NCBI GenBank assembly: GCA_964631415.1
Contig: CAZVZC010000042.1
Span: 1-16,218 of the forward strand
Direction of reading: 5' to 3'
Origin: an uncultured archaeon
GTDB lineage: Archaea > Asgardarchaeota > Thorarchaeia > Thorarchaeales > Thorarchaeaceae
DNA length: 16,218 nucleotides
The notes under the pieces were generated by a model that made no database searches, was not told the DNA's origin, and worked only from the letters and a program-made list of their open reading frames with translations. Made by a program: the position numbers and the translations under genes. The first letter of the stretch is position 1. Each line of letters starts with the position of its first letter. Of this stretch, positions 15,890 through 16,218 are shown piece by piece.

Positions 15890-16218
15890 ACCGATGTGCA
15901 CCTATTCACGCTTTTGACACTTGAACATTGTTAGTCGTGCTTGTCCTGTGAGCGTCCTCGCTGATAGTCCTGTGATTCTTGATGTGTCGTTTCAGTCGGA
16001 CGGGGTTCGATACAGGCCCTTCCGTGGACTATGAAGCGGCACTGGGCGCGTACTCCTTGAGTCTAGGTCTTCCGTGTCCGCCTCAGAGGTCAGTCCAGCC
16101 ATGAGCTGTTCAGGCTCCTACTTGGGAATGTCCAAGACTGTCCTGCCTCTGGACAGAGGTCAGACATCCTTTTATTGCAGATGCGAAGGGGCAAGCCAGC
16201 TTCTTCTGTGGGGCATGA

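Noticed and set aside
16001-16019. tRNA T-loop-like GGTTCGA at 16004-16010
   Set aside because: No complementary T-stem, and no acceptor, D or anticodon arms can be built.
1-16218. Selenocysteine/pyrrolysine recoding, CRISPR arrays, IS elements, rRNA/SRP/RNase P
   Set aside because: All genes appear full length with no internal TGA/TAG at catalytic positions. Read-through of the SCP2 TAG stops after about 25 uninformative codons. No regularly spaced repeats, transposase, terminal inverted repeats or conserved RNA motifs were found.

Overview
Gene-dense, ~53% GC archaeal-style genomic segment. Evidence for an archaeon: GGTGA/GGAGG ribosome-binding sites, TATA-like boxes ~25-30 bp before several starts, TTG/GTG starts and a tungsten AOR. 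The gene content and TPR style suggest an anaerobic sediment archaeon, possibly Asgard/Thorarchaeia; this is inference only. There are 14 likely CDS: a two-domain lipoate-protein ligase, an ABC exporter ATPase plus permease, an acetoacetate-decarboxylase (ADC)-fold protein, a GH-like TIM barrel, a PAP2 lipid phosphatase, PepD, and a co-oriented minus-strand run of SCP2 lipid carrier > small 2-TM protein > FabK/NMO-family flavoprotein > Fe-alcohol dehydrogenase > aldehyde:ferredoxin oxidoreductase, followed by an orphan and a stand-alone TPR protein. No rRNA, tRNA, CRISPR array or mobile element is supported. Most notable: (i) a candidate carrier-assisted, CoA/ACP-independent lipid alcohol/aldehyde/acid redox module, and (ii) an ADC-fold protein whose Schiff-base lysine is replaced by arginine.
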